A stretch of 64,000 bases of DNA from Bugula neritina (taxonomy: Eukaryota > Animalia > Bryozoa): positions 13,091,675 to 13,155,674 of the forward strand of contig OZ037768.1 of assembly GCA_964035545.1 (NCBI GenBank), given 5' to 3'. The number at the start of each line of letters is the position of its first letter. The first letter of the stretch is position 1. The notes below the pieces were generated by a model that saw only the letters and a program-made list of their open reading frames with translations, did no database searches and was not told the DNA's origin. The translations under genes and the position numbers were made by a program. Of this stretch, positions 13,527 through 25,276 are shown in pieces.

Positions 13527-16500
13527 GGTTATGGGCCCGGGAGCAAACTACAATTTAATGGAGACTCTACAGCTTATAAAATCTGAGAAACAAGATTCAT
13601 AAATTACTTATACACACTGGACAGTGGAGTACACAAGGCCATTCTTCCCCTATCAAGTGATGAAACTGAGGATACAGATTTCAATAAGAAAAACAGAAGA
13701 GCATATGCTGAGTTGGTACAAGTATTGGATGAAAAATCACTTCAACTCATCATGAATGATGCTGAGAACAATGGACGTGATGCTCTGAAAATTCTGAGAG
13801 ACCATTATGCCAGCACAGAAAAACCTCGCATCATGACACTCTATGAAATTTTAACTACCATTACTATGACTGACACTGAAGACGTGACTGACTACCTAAT
13901 ACGCGCTGAAAGTGCTGCTACAGGACTCAGGCTAGCAGGTGAGACCATATCTGATAATTTAGTAATCGCTATGCTATTAAAAGGACTGCCTGCGTCTTAT
14001 AATTCATTTGTGGTAGTTCACACACAAAGTGAATCAAAAAAGACATTAAAAGAATTTAAAGCCGCTCTACACAACCATGCTAACACTGAATCTATCAGAG
14101 CTACCGCACATTCTACAGCACTAGCAGCTAAAGAAGACTATAAATACCAACCACAAATACACTCACAGACACGACGTAACTCTCAGCCAGCTAACAAACA
14201 ATGCCTCTCATGTGGATGCGCCAACCACAGCACCAAAGAATGCAGATCGAAGTCTAAACTCACCTGCAACTTCTGTCACAAAAATGGACATGTTGAAAGC
14301 GTATGTTTTCAGAAGAAGAAAACACAGAGTGCACTGCAAACATCAACACACCAACATCAAATGACAAACTTTTCATTTACTGCTACTCTAACACACGCTG
14401 ACACAACTACACGCAAATCACCCAGACAAAACTTGACAAGAGACAAACTACTAGTTGACTGTGGAGCCACTTGCCACATTGTCAATGACAAAAGACATTT
14501 TACAAGCTACGACCCAGACTTCGACCCAAACAAACATTATATACAGCTCGCTGATGGTCACAGCAGCAACACACTGGCTATAGCAAGAGGAGTAGCTGAA
14601 TACACCATACTGGATAACAACAGCACGCCCCATACAGTTAAACTCACGAATGCTCTGCTAGCACCAGAATTCCCAGCAAGCTTATTCTCAGTAAGAGCTG
14701 CAACAGACGCAGGAGGTACAGTAACATTCACTAAAAATACTGCTAACCTGACCTCACACAACACAACTTTCAATTTCATCAGAGAAGGAAATTTGTTCTT
14801 TTTGCCTACAGATGCTATACAGCAGAGTGCAACAACTATGACTGACCTCACACTTGACCACCCAATTACTACTGAACCTCAGACAGCTAACTTGACAAAA
14901 ACTGCAAAAACTGAGAATACATACTCAACTAACTCAACTTTTACAGTCAAAACCCTTCATGAATGGCACCTAACCTTAGGACACATGAACTATGACGACA
15001 TTCTATCCTTGGAGAAAGTGACACAAGGAATGAAAGTTACAAACACCAAACAAACCATAAATTGCCAAGTTTGTACAGAAAACAAAATTACGCGACAACC
15101 AAAGTCAGAGGACATTACTCCAAAACATGCTACAAAACCTCTGGAACGTGTGCATACAGATATATGCGGACCGATAGAACTTACATCACGTGAAGGACAC
15201 AGATATGTGATAAACTTTGTAGATGAATACACTAGCATGCTATTTGTCTACACCCTACGCACAAAAGACGAAGCGACAACTGCCCTAAAAAGGCTTATTG
15301 CTGATGTAGCCCCTATTGGAAAAATAAGAGAAATACACAGTGATAATGGTGGAGAATATGTCAGCGCTACATTTCAAACTGTTCTACAGAACAATGGCAT
15401 AAAACACTCCACTACTGCTCCCTACACTCCCTATCAGAACAGAAAAGCTGAACGGACATGGCGAAGCTTGCTAGAGATGGCCCGATGCCTGATATCTGAC
15501 TCTTCTCTACACAAGTCCTACTGGCCTTACGCTGTTCGCTACGCCCAATACCTGAGGAATCATGCCTATCAAAGACGCACTGGAGCCACTGCTTACAAGA
15601 TGTTCACTGAGAGAAAACCAGACATGAAGCACATACACAGATTCGGCTTGAAGTGTACATTCTACATCGAGGGCCAAAAACAGAAGTTCGATGCACGTGG
15701 TCAGCACGGCACCTTCTTGGGCATCAACCCATTAAACCAAGCATACTATGTATTGAATAGCAAAAACAATAACATACTGACTACACGCAACATACGCATA
15801 CATCAAGACACTGACATTACTGACATCACACTTACTGACTTTGAACATACTGACGAAGAACACACTACACCAATCCAAACAGAGCAAGCTACTGACGGTG
15901 AGCAGACAACTCCAACAATTCCAGCTGACAGACCAAAACGCAACGCTGGACCACCCAAACACCTTGCTGATTACTACACCATGGCTACAGTTGACTACGC
16001 CTATGCTGCTACACAACTCATCCCATCCTCATATGATGAAGCCATCAACTCTGAAAATTCTGACAAGTGGAAAGCAGCTATGGACAACGAAGTCACAACA
16101 CTCAACAACAACGAGACCTGGGAACTTACACATCTACCTGACAACCGCACTGAAACACAAGGACGTTGGGTTTACACCCTGAAGCAAGGAAAAACTGCCG
16201 GTGAACTACAATACAAAGCACGCTATGTTGCCAAGGGTTTTACACAGGTACACGGTATTGATTACGAGCAGACCTTCTCACCGACTACACGATTTGTCAG
16301 TATCCGTACACTGTTACAACAAGCTGCCAACGAGGGATTACACCTACATCAAATGGATGTCAAAGGCGCCTATCTAAACGCACCAATTGATAAGGACATC
16401 TATGTTCAACAACCTCCAGGATACGAACAGACAGACTCCAATGGAACTCTTCTCACTTGTCACCTCAAAAAGTCTCTCTATGGACTAAAGCAAAGTGGCA

Positions 16501-17576
16501 GGAATTGGCACAGCACACTGACCGACTTCCTCAAAGAACAGGGATTCACACCGAACCAAAGTGATCAATGCGTCTACACTTACCATGCAGAAAACGGTGA
16601 CCAGATAATCATCTTATTCTGGGTAGACGACATTATAATAGCCTGCAACAACCTAGAACTGATTGGCACCACAAAGGAAATGCTGAACAACAAATTCAAA
16701 ATGGATGATCGTGGGGAAATCAACTGGTTTCTAGGAATTGACTTCAAAAGACTTAAAAATGGAAATCTCCAGATCAGCCAAGAACGCTACGTTGAGTCAA
16801 TCCTCAACAGATTTAAAATGAAAAGATGCAAGCCAGCTGCTACTCCCGCAGAAAAAGGACTTGTATTGAAAAAAGCAACAGATGAAGAACACAACAAATT
16901 TATCAAACAACAGTTCCTATATCGCCAAGCTATTGGAAGCCTGATATACTTGATGACCGGAACACGACCCGACATTAGCTGGATAGTTTCCAAGCTATCA
17001 CAATACCTTGATAGACCAAGCCCAACACATGTAGCTGCTGTGAAAAGGCTGCTACGCTACATTCAAGGGACAAAGCAATACACGATTACCTACACCCCAA
17101 CAGATGGGAAACTAGTAGGATATGCAGACTCTGACTGGGCAGGTGACGTGGAAGACCGACGCTCTACAACTGGCTACGTAGTCACTCTAGGAGGAGCACC
17201 AATTTGCTGGAAAGCCAAGAAGCAACCGACAGTTGCTCTGTCATCTTGTGAGGCAGAGTACATGGCTTTAGCAGATGCTACCAAGGAGTTGCTATACCTT
17301 CGCACATTCTGCAACTCTATAAATATGCTTCAACCAGATGTCACCACACTGCACTGTGATAACCAAGGAGCCATTTCACTTACTGATGACAGACCAGGAC
17401 AACATAGTCGCACTAAACACATTGACATTCGCTACCACTTCATTAGACAGCAATCAGCTATTGTGTATGACTCCATCCGCACTGATGAAAATAAAGCTGA
17501 CATCCTAACCAAACCATTAGGAGCAATCTTGCATCGAAATGCCGTTACCCAGCTACAGATTGAGGGGGCGTGTTAA
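13503..17576 (+). CDS. copia gag-pol polyprotein (Zn knuckles, protease LVDCGAT, integrase HHCC/DDE, RT QMDVKGAYL / WVDD, RNase H ADSDWAG); TGA at 13584-13586, open from 13587
   Basis: ORF track 13713-17576 extends in frame to ATG 13503 (MASASSSTGYGP...YKI*ETRF). Confidence 0.95.
13527..13538 (+). promoter_or_regulatory. copia primer-binding site (complement of internal initiator tRNA-Met; half-tRNA primer type)
   Basis: GGTTATGGGCCC immediately after the LTR, as in Drosophila copia. Confidence 0.88.
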
Positions 17577-17866
17577 TAGAATGCAATCTTCCGCTCTAAT
17601 GACAATGCATATAATATTCACATAATATACCAATGCTATTAAAACACTCATGTTAGTAATTATCTTTTCTCTTATGTCTAAATAGCAAGTGTGGATAACT
17701 CACAATATATTGTAATCAGTCTTTTATACTATTATATTACCCACAATTCTTTTCTTCTTCCTCTTTCTCAATATACATAAAATATAATGGTTCTGTGAAT
17801 TACAACTCTACTTATTTAATCACAATAATTAACATTACAAAGATGGCATCAGCCTCCAGCTCAACA
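17571..17866 (+). repeat. copia 3' LTR
   Basis: Direct repeat of 13231-13526. Confidence 0.97.
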
Positions 17867-17959
17867 TACCCTAACTGTTTTTGTGCTACTTTAAATGGAG
17901 GTCAAAAAATTTGCAAAGCTCAACAGGCCAAATTTTAGCAGCCATGCAAGTCAATCCCT

Positions 17960-18160
17960 ATAAACTGTATACTATATACCTTGTAAATATATTTGCTACA
18001 CTGAATAACCTGAACCTAAAAATGCAGTAGTGCAATCATCATTTCATTGCTTTTCATAGCAGCATCAATGTTTTAAAAATTACATTAAAGTGGTGGCGCT
18101 TCTTTCAAAAACATGGTGTCTTTCCCCACACTCAATGAACTTTTATAGGAAAAGAACCTG
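17960..18160 (+). mobile_element. hAT (Buster/Charlie-type) transposase remnant, part 1
   Basis: YLVNIFATLNNLNLKMQ*...LKWW...FPTLNELL matches the YLxDIFxxLNxLNLxLQG motif. Confidence 0.7.
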
Positions 18161-18279
18161 TTCCGATTTTAGGTGTTAAAATTTCCCCAAAACCCAAACC
18201 TCCAAACCATGCAAATCTTCCATCTTAATACTGAAAATGTGCCATTTTTACCTAATTTTTCATTTGTGCCTTCATTACC

Positions 18280-18474
18280 TGTTGATGATATGCTGAGTAA
18301 GCTTTGTCTTGTTTTGTAAAGGTTTATACTTTATACTATGTTATTCGTGTTATTAATAATAGTCAGTTTGTGCTTTTAGATCTATCCAGAGTGGACCTTT
18401 AATATCTTGAGCAATAAACTATCTTAAACTCTTTGACTGGTCTCTGAATCTATAAAGCAAACATAGCATAAACA
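18280..18474 (+). repeat. gypsy 5' LTR
   Basis: Direct repeat of 22826-23020. Confidence 0.96.
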
Positions 18475-18491
18475 TGGTGCCCCGAGTGAGG
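18475..18491 (+). promoter_or_regulatory. gypsy PBS, complementary to elongator tRNA-Met 3' end
   Basis: Reverse complement CCTCACTCGGGGCACCA resembles the elongator tRNA-Met end ...CCTCACACGGGGCA-CCA. Confidence 0.7.
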
Positions 18492-18584
18492 ACTTAAAGA
18501 AACTAAAAGTAAAAGTGTTTGCTGGAAAGAGAGACAACAAACAATACAACTGAATCAAAAACAACAAAAAATCACAATATCAAG

Positions 18585-21335
18585 ATGAGTATCAGTGTTG
18601 ACTTTTTAGCCCCCAAGCCTATTCAAGATGGCTCTGACTTGTCCAACCAGTGGACGAGATTTAAACAAGAATTTGAGCTATTCCTCACAGCAGCTGAGAA
18701 AGCAAATTCTGATGATAAAGTCAAAGTAGCCATTATGTTAAGATGCATAGGCCCAAGAGGCAACGACATATTCAAAACATTCACTTTCTCAGATGGTAAA
18801 TCAAAAGAAGTCTATGCTGATGTTGTGGAGAAGTTTGATGCTTTTTGTCAACGAGGCACTAATAAAGTAGTCAAAAGACATCAACTGTTATCAACTAAGC
18901 AGAATACCATGAACATTGATGAATATGTCACCTCGCTTCACAAAATCGCTCGAGAGTGTCAACTGGACACAATGTATGACGATTTCATGCTTCAAGCTTT
19001 ACTCCTGGGCATCAACGATGCCCAACTAAGAAGAAAGCTATTTGATGATGCCAGCAGGGATACTGGCTTAGGACTAGAAGAAGCTATAAAGAAATGTCGT
19101 ATTGCTGAGAATTCAAGGAATGACATGGCTGCAATCCAGTCTGAAGAATCAGTGCAGTTCATCAGTTCCAGAAAGAAGCCTAATAAGCCAAGCAAAGATG
19201 ATGATGATAATGCAGTAAGGTCCACTCGAACAGGAAACTTCTCAAAAGGAAGTTGTGGCAACTGTGGGCAGTCTCACCCTCCCAGAAAGTGTCCTGCATA
19301 CGGTCACCAGTGTCATAACTGCAAAAAGTATAACCATTGGAGATCTCAATGTCGCTCAAAGAAGCAAGTAAACATGGTAGAAGAAGACAGTGATGGCTCA
19401 AGTGAATCGTTGTTGAGCATACAGGTAGTCAGAAAGAACAAAAAGTTGATGACAACTATAAGAGCCAGTGTGAATGATAGTCACAAACCGACACAGTTTC
19501 AGATTGACACAGGAGCATCCTGTAACATTCTCAATCACAAAGATTTTGTTGATCTCGGTAAGCCAAAGCTTGACAACAACCGGACAAGGCTAAAGCAGTT
19601 TGATGGTTCTATCACTCGAGCATTAGGAGGATGCGAACTGGAAGTAGCTGGAGAGAAGCTGTATTTTTTGGTGCACAAGACACGAAATCACAGCCTTCTA
19701 TCTGGTGAGGCCGCTCTTCAGCTCGGTTTGATAACCATTAAAGAGGAGTGGGTTAACCTAATAAGCAATGCCAGCCTAGATGACATTCTCGGAAGCTACC
19801 CAGAGGTTTTTGAAGGTATTGGATGTTTGCCTGGGGAATACCATATTGAAATAGATGATAAGGCTATCCCAAGACAAAGTCACAACAGAAAGACGCCTCT
19901 CTCGATGGTAGCTGATCTCAAACAAAAATTGCAGTCATACACCCAGAAAGGTATCTTAAGTCCAGTAGACTATCCAACAGCTTGGATAAACAATCATGTG
20001 GCTGTGAGAAAACCCAATGGCACACTGAGAGTATGTTTAGACCCAAGCAACCTAAACCAAGTGATTCAAAGAAACCATTTTCCAATGCCGACGCTGGACG
20101 ATGTGCTTAGCGAGCTGGATGGTGCTCGAGTATTCTCATTGTGTGATGCCAAGGACGGCTTTCTGCAGATAAAGCTCAGCAAAAAGTCCAGTGATTTAAC
20201 TACATTCTGGACGCCATTTGGCAAATACAAGTGGCTGAGGATGCCTTTTGGGTTGTCCTCAAGTCCTGAAGAGTTCCAGAGGAGACTCTCAGATGCACTT
20301 AACGGTCTCGACGGAGTAACTGTAGTAGCAGACGACATCCTAATTTATGGGAAAGGAGCTACTCAAGCGGAAGCAGTGCAAGACCATAACCAAAAGCTCG
20401 AAAAACTTTTAGCCAGAGCACGTAGGGTTAATCTCAAGCTAAACAAAGAAAAATGTAAGTTTCTTCTAGAAGAGCTACCTTATATGGGTCATTTAATAAC
20501 AAAAGATGGAGTGAAGCCTGATCCTAATAAAATCCGAGCCATAACGAACATGAAGCCCCCTGTCAACAGTAAAGAAATACAGAGGTTTCTTGGTCATGTG
20601 AACTACCTATCAAAGTTCATACCTCACTGCTCTGCTGAATGTGAACCACTAAGACGGCTGATTGGTGTAAGCAAGGAAGAGTTTGCCTGGGGCCAAGATC
20701 AAAAGAGAGCGTTTGAGGAGATTAAAAAACTCATCACGAAAACTTCTTCACTCAAATACTTCAACATGAACCAGCCAGTAGTTGTACAGACTGATGCAAG
20801 TCTAGAAGGGCTCGGAGCTGTACTTTTACAAGAGGGGCAACCAGTAGGCTATGGCTCTAGAAGTTTGACAGATAGTGAGAAAAACTATGCACCTATTGAA
20901 CTAGAACTTCTGGCCATTGTCTATGGGATGCAGAAATACGATCAGTACGTTTTTGGAAACCCAGATGTAACTGTTCACACGGATCACCACCCTTTAGAAA
21001 CAATATTTAAGAAGCCTCTGAACAAAGCGCCTAAACGCCTGCAATCAATGCTATTGGCTCTGCAAAGATACCAAATTAAAGTGCACTACAAACCTGGTTC
21101 TGAACAAGTTACAGCAGACATGCTGTCTCGTGCTCCTGTTGGTGAACCCCAGAACAATACATCAGAAGAACAGATTTTCACAGTTAATCAATTAAAGTCA
21201 TTTATGTCTGATCTAAGCGAAACGGGTCTGAAGCAAGACCTGCCAGTGTCAGAAGCGACCTATAAACTGATCCAACAGCATACGGGTAATGATCCAGTAA
21301 TGGTGCAGCTGCAATCTCTGATAACCTCAGGATGA
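18585..21335 (+). CDS. gypsy gag-protease-RT-RNase H, ended by premature TGA
   Basis: CCHC-type knuckles, IDTGAS, VADD, TDAS, ADMLSR; stop falls in the GWP motif (G*P). Confidence 0.95.
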   Translation: MSISVDFLAPKPIQDGSDLSNQWTRFKQEFELFLTAAEKANSDDKVKVAIMLRCIGPRGNDIFKTFTFSDGKSKEVYADVVEKFDAFCQRGTNKVVKRHQLLSTKQNTMNIDEYVTSLHKIARECQLDTMYDDFMLQALLLGINDAQLRRKLFDDASRDTGLGLEEAIKKCRIAENSRNDMAAIQSEESVQFISSRKKPNKPSKDDDDNAVRSTRTGNFSKGSCGNCGQSHPPRKCPAYGHQCHNCKKYNHWRSQCRSKKQVNMVEEDSDGSSESLLSIQVVRKNKKLMTTIRASVNDSHKPTQFQIDTGASCNILNHKDFVDLGKPKLDNNRTRLKQFDGSITRALGGCELEVAGEKLYFLVHKTRNHSLLSGEAALQLGLITIKEEWVNLISNASLDDILGSYPEVFEGIGCLPGEYHIEIDDKAIPRQSHNRKTPLSMVADLKQKLQSYTQKGILSPVDYPTAWINNHVAVRKPNGTLRVCLDPSNLNQVIQRNHFPMPTLDDVLSELDGARVFSLCDAKDGFLQIKLSKKSSDLTTFWTPFGKYKWLRMPFGLSSSPEEFQRRLSDALNGLDGVTVVADDILIYGKGATQAEAVQDHNQKLEKLLARARRVNLKLNKEKCKFLLEELPYMGHLITKDGVKPDPNKIRAITNMKPPVNSKEIQRFLGHVNYLSKFIPHCSAECEPLRRLIGVSKEEFAWGQDQKRAFEEIKKLITKTSSLKYFNMNQPVVVQTDASLEGLGAVLLQEGQPVGYGSRSLTDSEKNYAPIELELLAIVYGMQKYDQYVFGNPDVTVHTDHHPLETIFKKPLNKAPKRLQSMLLALQRYQIKVHYKPGSEQVTADMLSRAPVGEPQNNTSEEQIFTVNQLKSFMSDLSETGLKQDLPVSEATYKLIQQHTGNDPVMVQLQSLITSG

Positions 21336-22568
21336 CCTAACAAATTATTTCAACTTCCAGAAGAGGTGAAGCCATACTATTCATACAAAGATGAACTTGC
21401 AGTACTAGATGGGATTATTTATAAAGGATCTAGACTAGTTGTGCCCATAGCTGCCAGAGCTGAGATACTCAACAAGCTTCACACTAGCCATCAAGGAACA
21501 GCTGCCACTATCAGAAGAGCTCGCAATGCGGTATTCTGGCCTCAAATGGCTGAGGACATTCGAATGAAAACTGACAAGTGTGTCACATGTGCAATGGATG
21601 CACCTTTACAACAGCATGAGTCTCTGCAAAACCATGACATACCAGACTTACCTTGGAGTAAAGTAGGCATGGACATACTAACCTATAAGCATAAGGATTA
21701 TTTGACGCTGGTAGATTATTACTCTGACTTCTTTGAATGTGAACCTTTATCTGATACACAATCTAGAGCAGTAATCAAGGCTTGCAAGAAAACTTTCGCA
21801 AGGTATGGAATCCCTCACCAGCTTCAATCAGACAATGGACCACAATTCACCTCGGCCGACTTTGCTCGATTTAGCACTGAATGGGGTTTCAGCCATACAA
21901 CCTCATCTCCGGGACATCAGCAGTCGAATGGGAAGGCAGAAGCAGCAGTTAAAATAATTAAAAGGCTGATGAAGAGAGCAGAAGACCCATATTTGGCCCT
22001 GCTAGAGTATCGAAATACCCCCACTGCAGGGATGACCTCATCACCAGCTCAGAGGATGTTTGGGCATTCCACGAGGTCTATTCTTCCTACAGGTGACATG
22101 CCAAAGAACAATGTCTTACAGCAAAAAGCTAACAAGAGAAAAGTGGTACAGAGCAGCTACAATAAATCAGCTAAAGATTTGACAAAGTTGGCTATTGGCT
22201 CACCAGTGCTGCTGAGAGATTTTGTGTCACAAAAGACTAGATGGCAGCAGGGCAGAGTGGTTGAACAGCTGTCGGACCGATCATACCTTGTCTCAAACAA
22301 AGACACAAACATGGCTGTGAGGCGAAACAGGGCCGATTTGCGCCCTCTGAGTGATGTGGAAGCTAGTCAGCCATTGACTACAGTTGAAATACCAACAGAC
22401 GCCAATGACCCAGTATCCAGTCATTCTGTTCCAGACGCACAGATTCAATCAGCCGCAACAGCAATTCCTACAGAAGTGAATACAAACCCTGATCCAGCCC
22501 CAGTTAGATGGCAACGGTCAAGACAAACAAAAACCCCAGCTAAATATGAACAATACGAACTATACTAG
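21336..22568 (+). CDS. gypsy integrase (same frame, after the nonsense codon)
   Basis: H..H...C..C zinc finger, GMD, SDNGPQF, SNGKAEAAV. Confidence 0.93.
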   Translation, partial: PNKLFQLPEEVKPYYSYKDELAVLDGIIYKGSRLVVPIAARAEILNKLHTSHQGTAATIRRARNAVFWPQMAEDIRMKTDKCVTCAMDAPLQQHESLQNHDIPDLPWSKVGMDILTYKHKDYLTLVDYYSDFFECEPLSDTQSRAVIKACKKTFARYGIPHQLQSDNGPQFTSADFARFSTEWGFSHTTSSPGHQQSNGKAEAAVKIIKRLMKRAEDPYLALLEYRNTPTAGMTSSPAQRMFGHSTRSILPTGDMPKNNVLQQKANKRKVVQSSYNKSAKDLTKLAIGSPVLLRDFVSQKTRWQQGRVVEQLSDRSYLVSNKDTNMAVRRNRADLRPLSDVEASQPLTTVEIPTDANDPVSSHSVPDAQIQSAATAIPTEVNTNPDPAPVRWQRSRQTKTPAKYEQYELY

Positions 22569-22825
22569 ATAATTATACCTAATCTGACCGAAGGCAATCG
22601 GACAATAAACTCTTAAAAAAAAAAAAAAATTGATTTAAATAGCCCGAACCCAGAAAATAATATAATGTACTTTAAATTAACAAGGAACACAATCTTGTAA
22701 TAATATGCTAATCTGCTATAGACTATTAATAACAAAATCGTATTACTTGTTCATGTATCAATTCTTAATTTTTTGTTTAGTTTTTTTTTTTTTTGTTCAA
22801 CATTGTCAAAGATTTGTAAAGGGGA

Positions 22826-23020
22826 TGTTGATGATTTGCTGAGTAAGCTTTGTCTTGTTTTGTAAAGGTTTATACTTTATACTATGTTATTCGTGTTATT
22901 AATAATAGTCAGTTTGTGCTTTTAGATCTATCCAGAGTGGACCTTTAATATCTTGAGCAATAAACTATCTTAAACTCTTTGACTGGTCTCTGAATCTATA
23001 AAGCAAACATAGCATAAACA
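22826..23020 (+). repeat. gypsy 3' LTR
   Basis: Direct repeat of 18280-18474. Confidence 0.96.
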
Positions 23021-23047
23021 TTACCTGTGCCATTTTCACTGGGCACC

Positions 23048-23280
23048 ATCCACAATACATCAATTAAAAAAGATTTTAAATCACTCTTCATTGCTGAATT
23101 GTGAACCAACTCAATAAAATCCTCATGCAATTCCTCTAAAATCTTTTTAACAAAGCGTTGCAATGGGTCACATGTCAAGTTAAGAATCTAGCTCTTTCTT
23201 TTTGAGAGGGTAGCTCAGAGAAATACCATTAAAACTTCAACAATAGTTCAAAGAGATGCTCAGAATTTTTTTCGAGAAAA
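23048..23280 (-). mobile_element. hAT (Buster-type) transposase remnant, inverted middle part
   Basis: - strand reads EHLFELLLKF*WYF...DPL...LEELHEDFIELVHNSAMKSDLKSFLIDVLW. Confidence 0.55.
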
Positions 23281-23466
23281 CGGAGTTGGAGGGGGGGGGT
23301 TTGAATTAGGAGGGGGGGGTTTGGGTCCAAGGGTTGAGGGTTTGGGGTGGAGAGTTTGGGGTTTGTGTTTGGGAAAATTTAACATCAGTGTGCCATTTTT
23401 ACTTACTTTTCCATTTGTGACGTTATTACCTGTACCATTTTACATACGCCAGTTTCACCTAAAATC

Positions 23467-23882
23467 ATTCTGAGTTTCAACAAGCAACCCACACATAGCC
23501 GACAAAGCAGCTTCTTGGTGCCATCCAACACCACCTATCTGTGTGAGGTATAATTCTCATCAATTCAAAGTGAAAGATGACTTAAGATAGGCCTGTTCTC
23601 AAAAACAGAGCCAGGCTTAAGCAAGCTGGCACAAAAGCATCAACTGCAGCCATAACAATAATAACTAAACTGCTCTGTGTTTTATAACATAACAATAACG
23701 ATAATATAACTATATTATGATAATTATATTATATGCAAATATAATATAACAAAATATATTACTTTGTATCATATATTATCATTATGTCAGTCAGAATTTT
23801 TTTTTGTTTTTCGAAAGGGAGTAAATTAATAGTCTACATTTATGAAAGGGGGGAATAGTATGAAAAAGGTTGGGAACCACTG
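23467..23882 (+). mobile_element. hAT (Buster-type) transposase C-terminus and right TIR
   Basis: FLVPSNTTYLCE..FS..DDLR motif; ends AAAAAGGTTGGGAACCACTG, a typical Charlie/Buster TIR. Confidence 0.75.
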
Positions 23883-23994
23883 GCCTATTCATCACTGTTG
23901 AGAACAAGAAAGGTTTTCTGTTGTCAAATTTACCCTGCACTAGTAGACCCCAGAAGTGAGATTATATAACTTTTATTTGTCACCTGTGATCACA

Positions 23995-24659
<665 letters not shown>

Positions 24660-25180
24660 TGTCACAAATTCTGAGTGTACATATACCTATAAACTTACTG
24701 GGTTTTTCCTAATGATTATACACGAATGTTCATAAATATTCTAGACTGATCAAAGAGATGGATCATTGTTCATTGTTATTGTTTTCATTAGTCATGTGAA
24801 CTACTGCCCAGCAATGTAAACAAGGTGTTGCGCAATAATTGCGAAATAACCATGGAAATTCCAATGTTTTGTTTTGTTTTGATTTTCTATAAATAGTATT
24901 GGCATGTGGGGAATGTTTTCTACTAGAATCTTCCATACTGGAATGCTTGAGAATGTTCTAGAGTGTTTTGTTTACTATAAATACTGAGGCAGTTGTGTTT
25001 ACAAATCAGTTCATTTTTACAAATTCATCTGTGCATATCTTACTAGAGAAATAAAGTCTACTTATATCCACAACTCTATTTACTCACAACTGGATTAGCA
25101 AGCTGTATGCTACTTGTCTATACACTTCTGACTACCAGACTTTTCGAACTCGTCACACTGCTACCAACAGTTTTGTGACA
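24660..25180 (+). repeat. Gmr1-like 5' LTR
   Basis: Direct repeat of 29771-30295; contains TATAAATA twice and AATAAA. Confidence 0.96.
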
Positions 25181-25182
25181 AT

Positions 25183-25199
25183 TGGGGGCTGCTCCGGGA
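25183..25199 (+). promoter_or_regulatory. PBS, tRNA-Pro-like
   Basis: TGGGGGCTGCTCCGGGA versus the canonical Pro PBS TGGGGGCTCGTCCGGGA. Confidence 0.75.
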
Positions 25200-25276
25200 A
25201 GTCTCAGTCGCACACAGGGAAGTTATTATTTACTACGTGAGTATACACAGGATTAATTAACAGTTGTTGAGACATT

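Larger units (their letters stand above)
13231..17866 (+). mobile_element. full-length Ty1/copia LTR retrotransposon
   Basis: 296-bp LTRs TG...CA (13231-13526, 17571-17866; 2 mismatches), TSD TACCC, PBS GGTTATGGGCCC, PPT GAGGGGGCG, gag-PR-IN-RT-RH polyprotein. Confidence 0.98.
18280..23020 (+). mobile_element. full-length Ty3/gypsy LTR retrotransposon (Mag / K02A2.6-like)
   Basis: 195-bp LTRs (18280-18474, 22826-23020; 1 mismatch), TSD TTACC, PBS TGGTGCCCCGAGTGAGG, PPT AAAGGGGA. Confidence 0.97.

Noticed and set aside
21333-21335. Programmed stop-codon readthrough between RNase H and integrase
   Set aside because: The TGA replaces the Trp of the conserved GWP motif; simple nonsense mutation is more parsimonious
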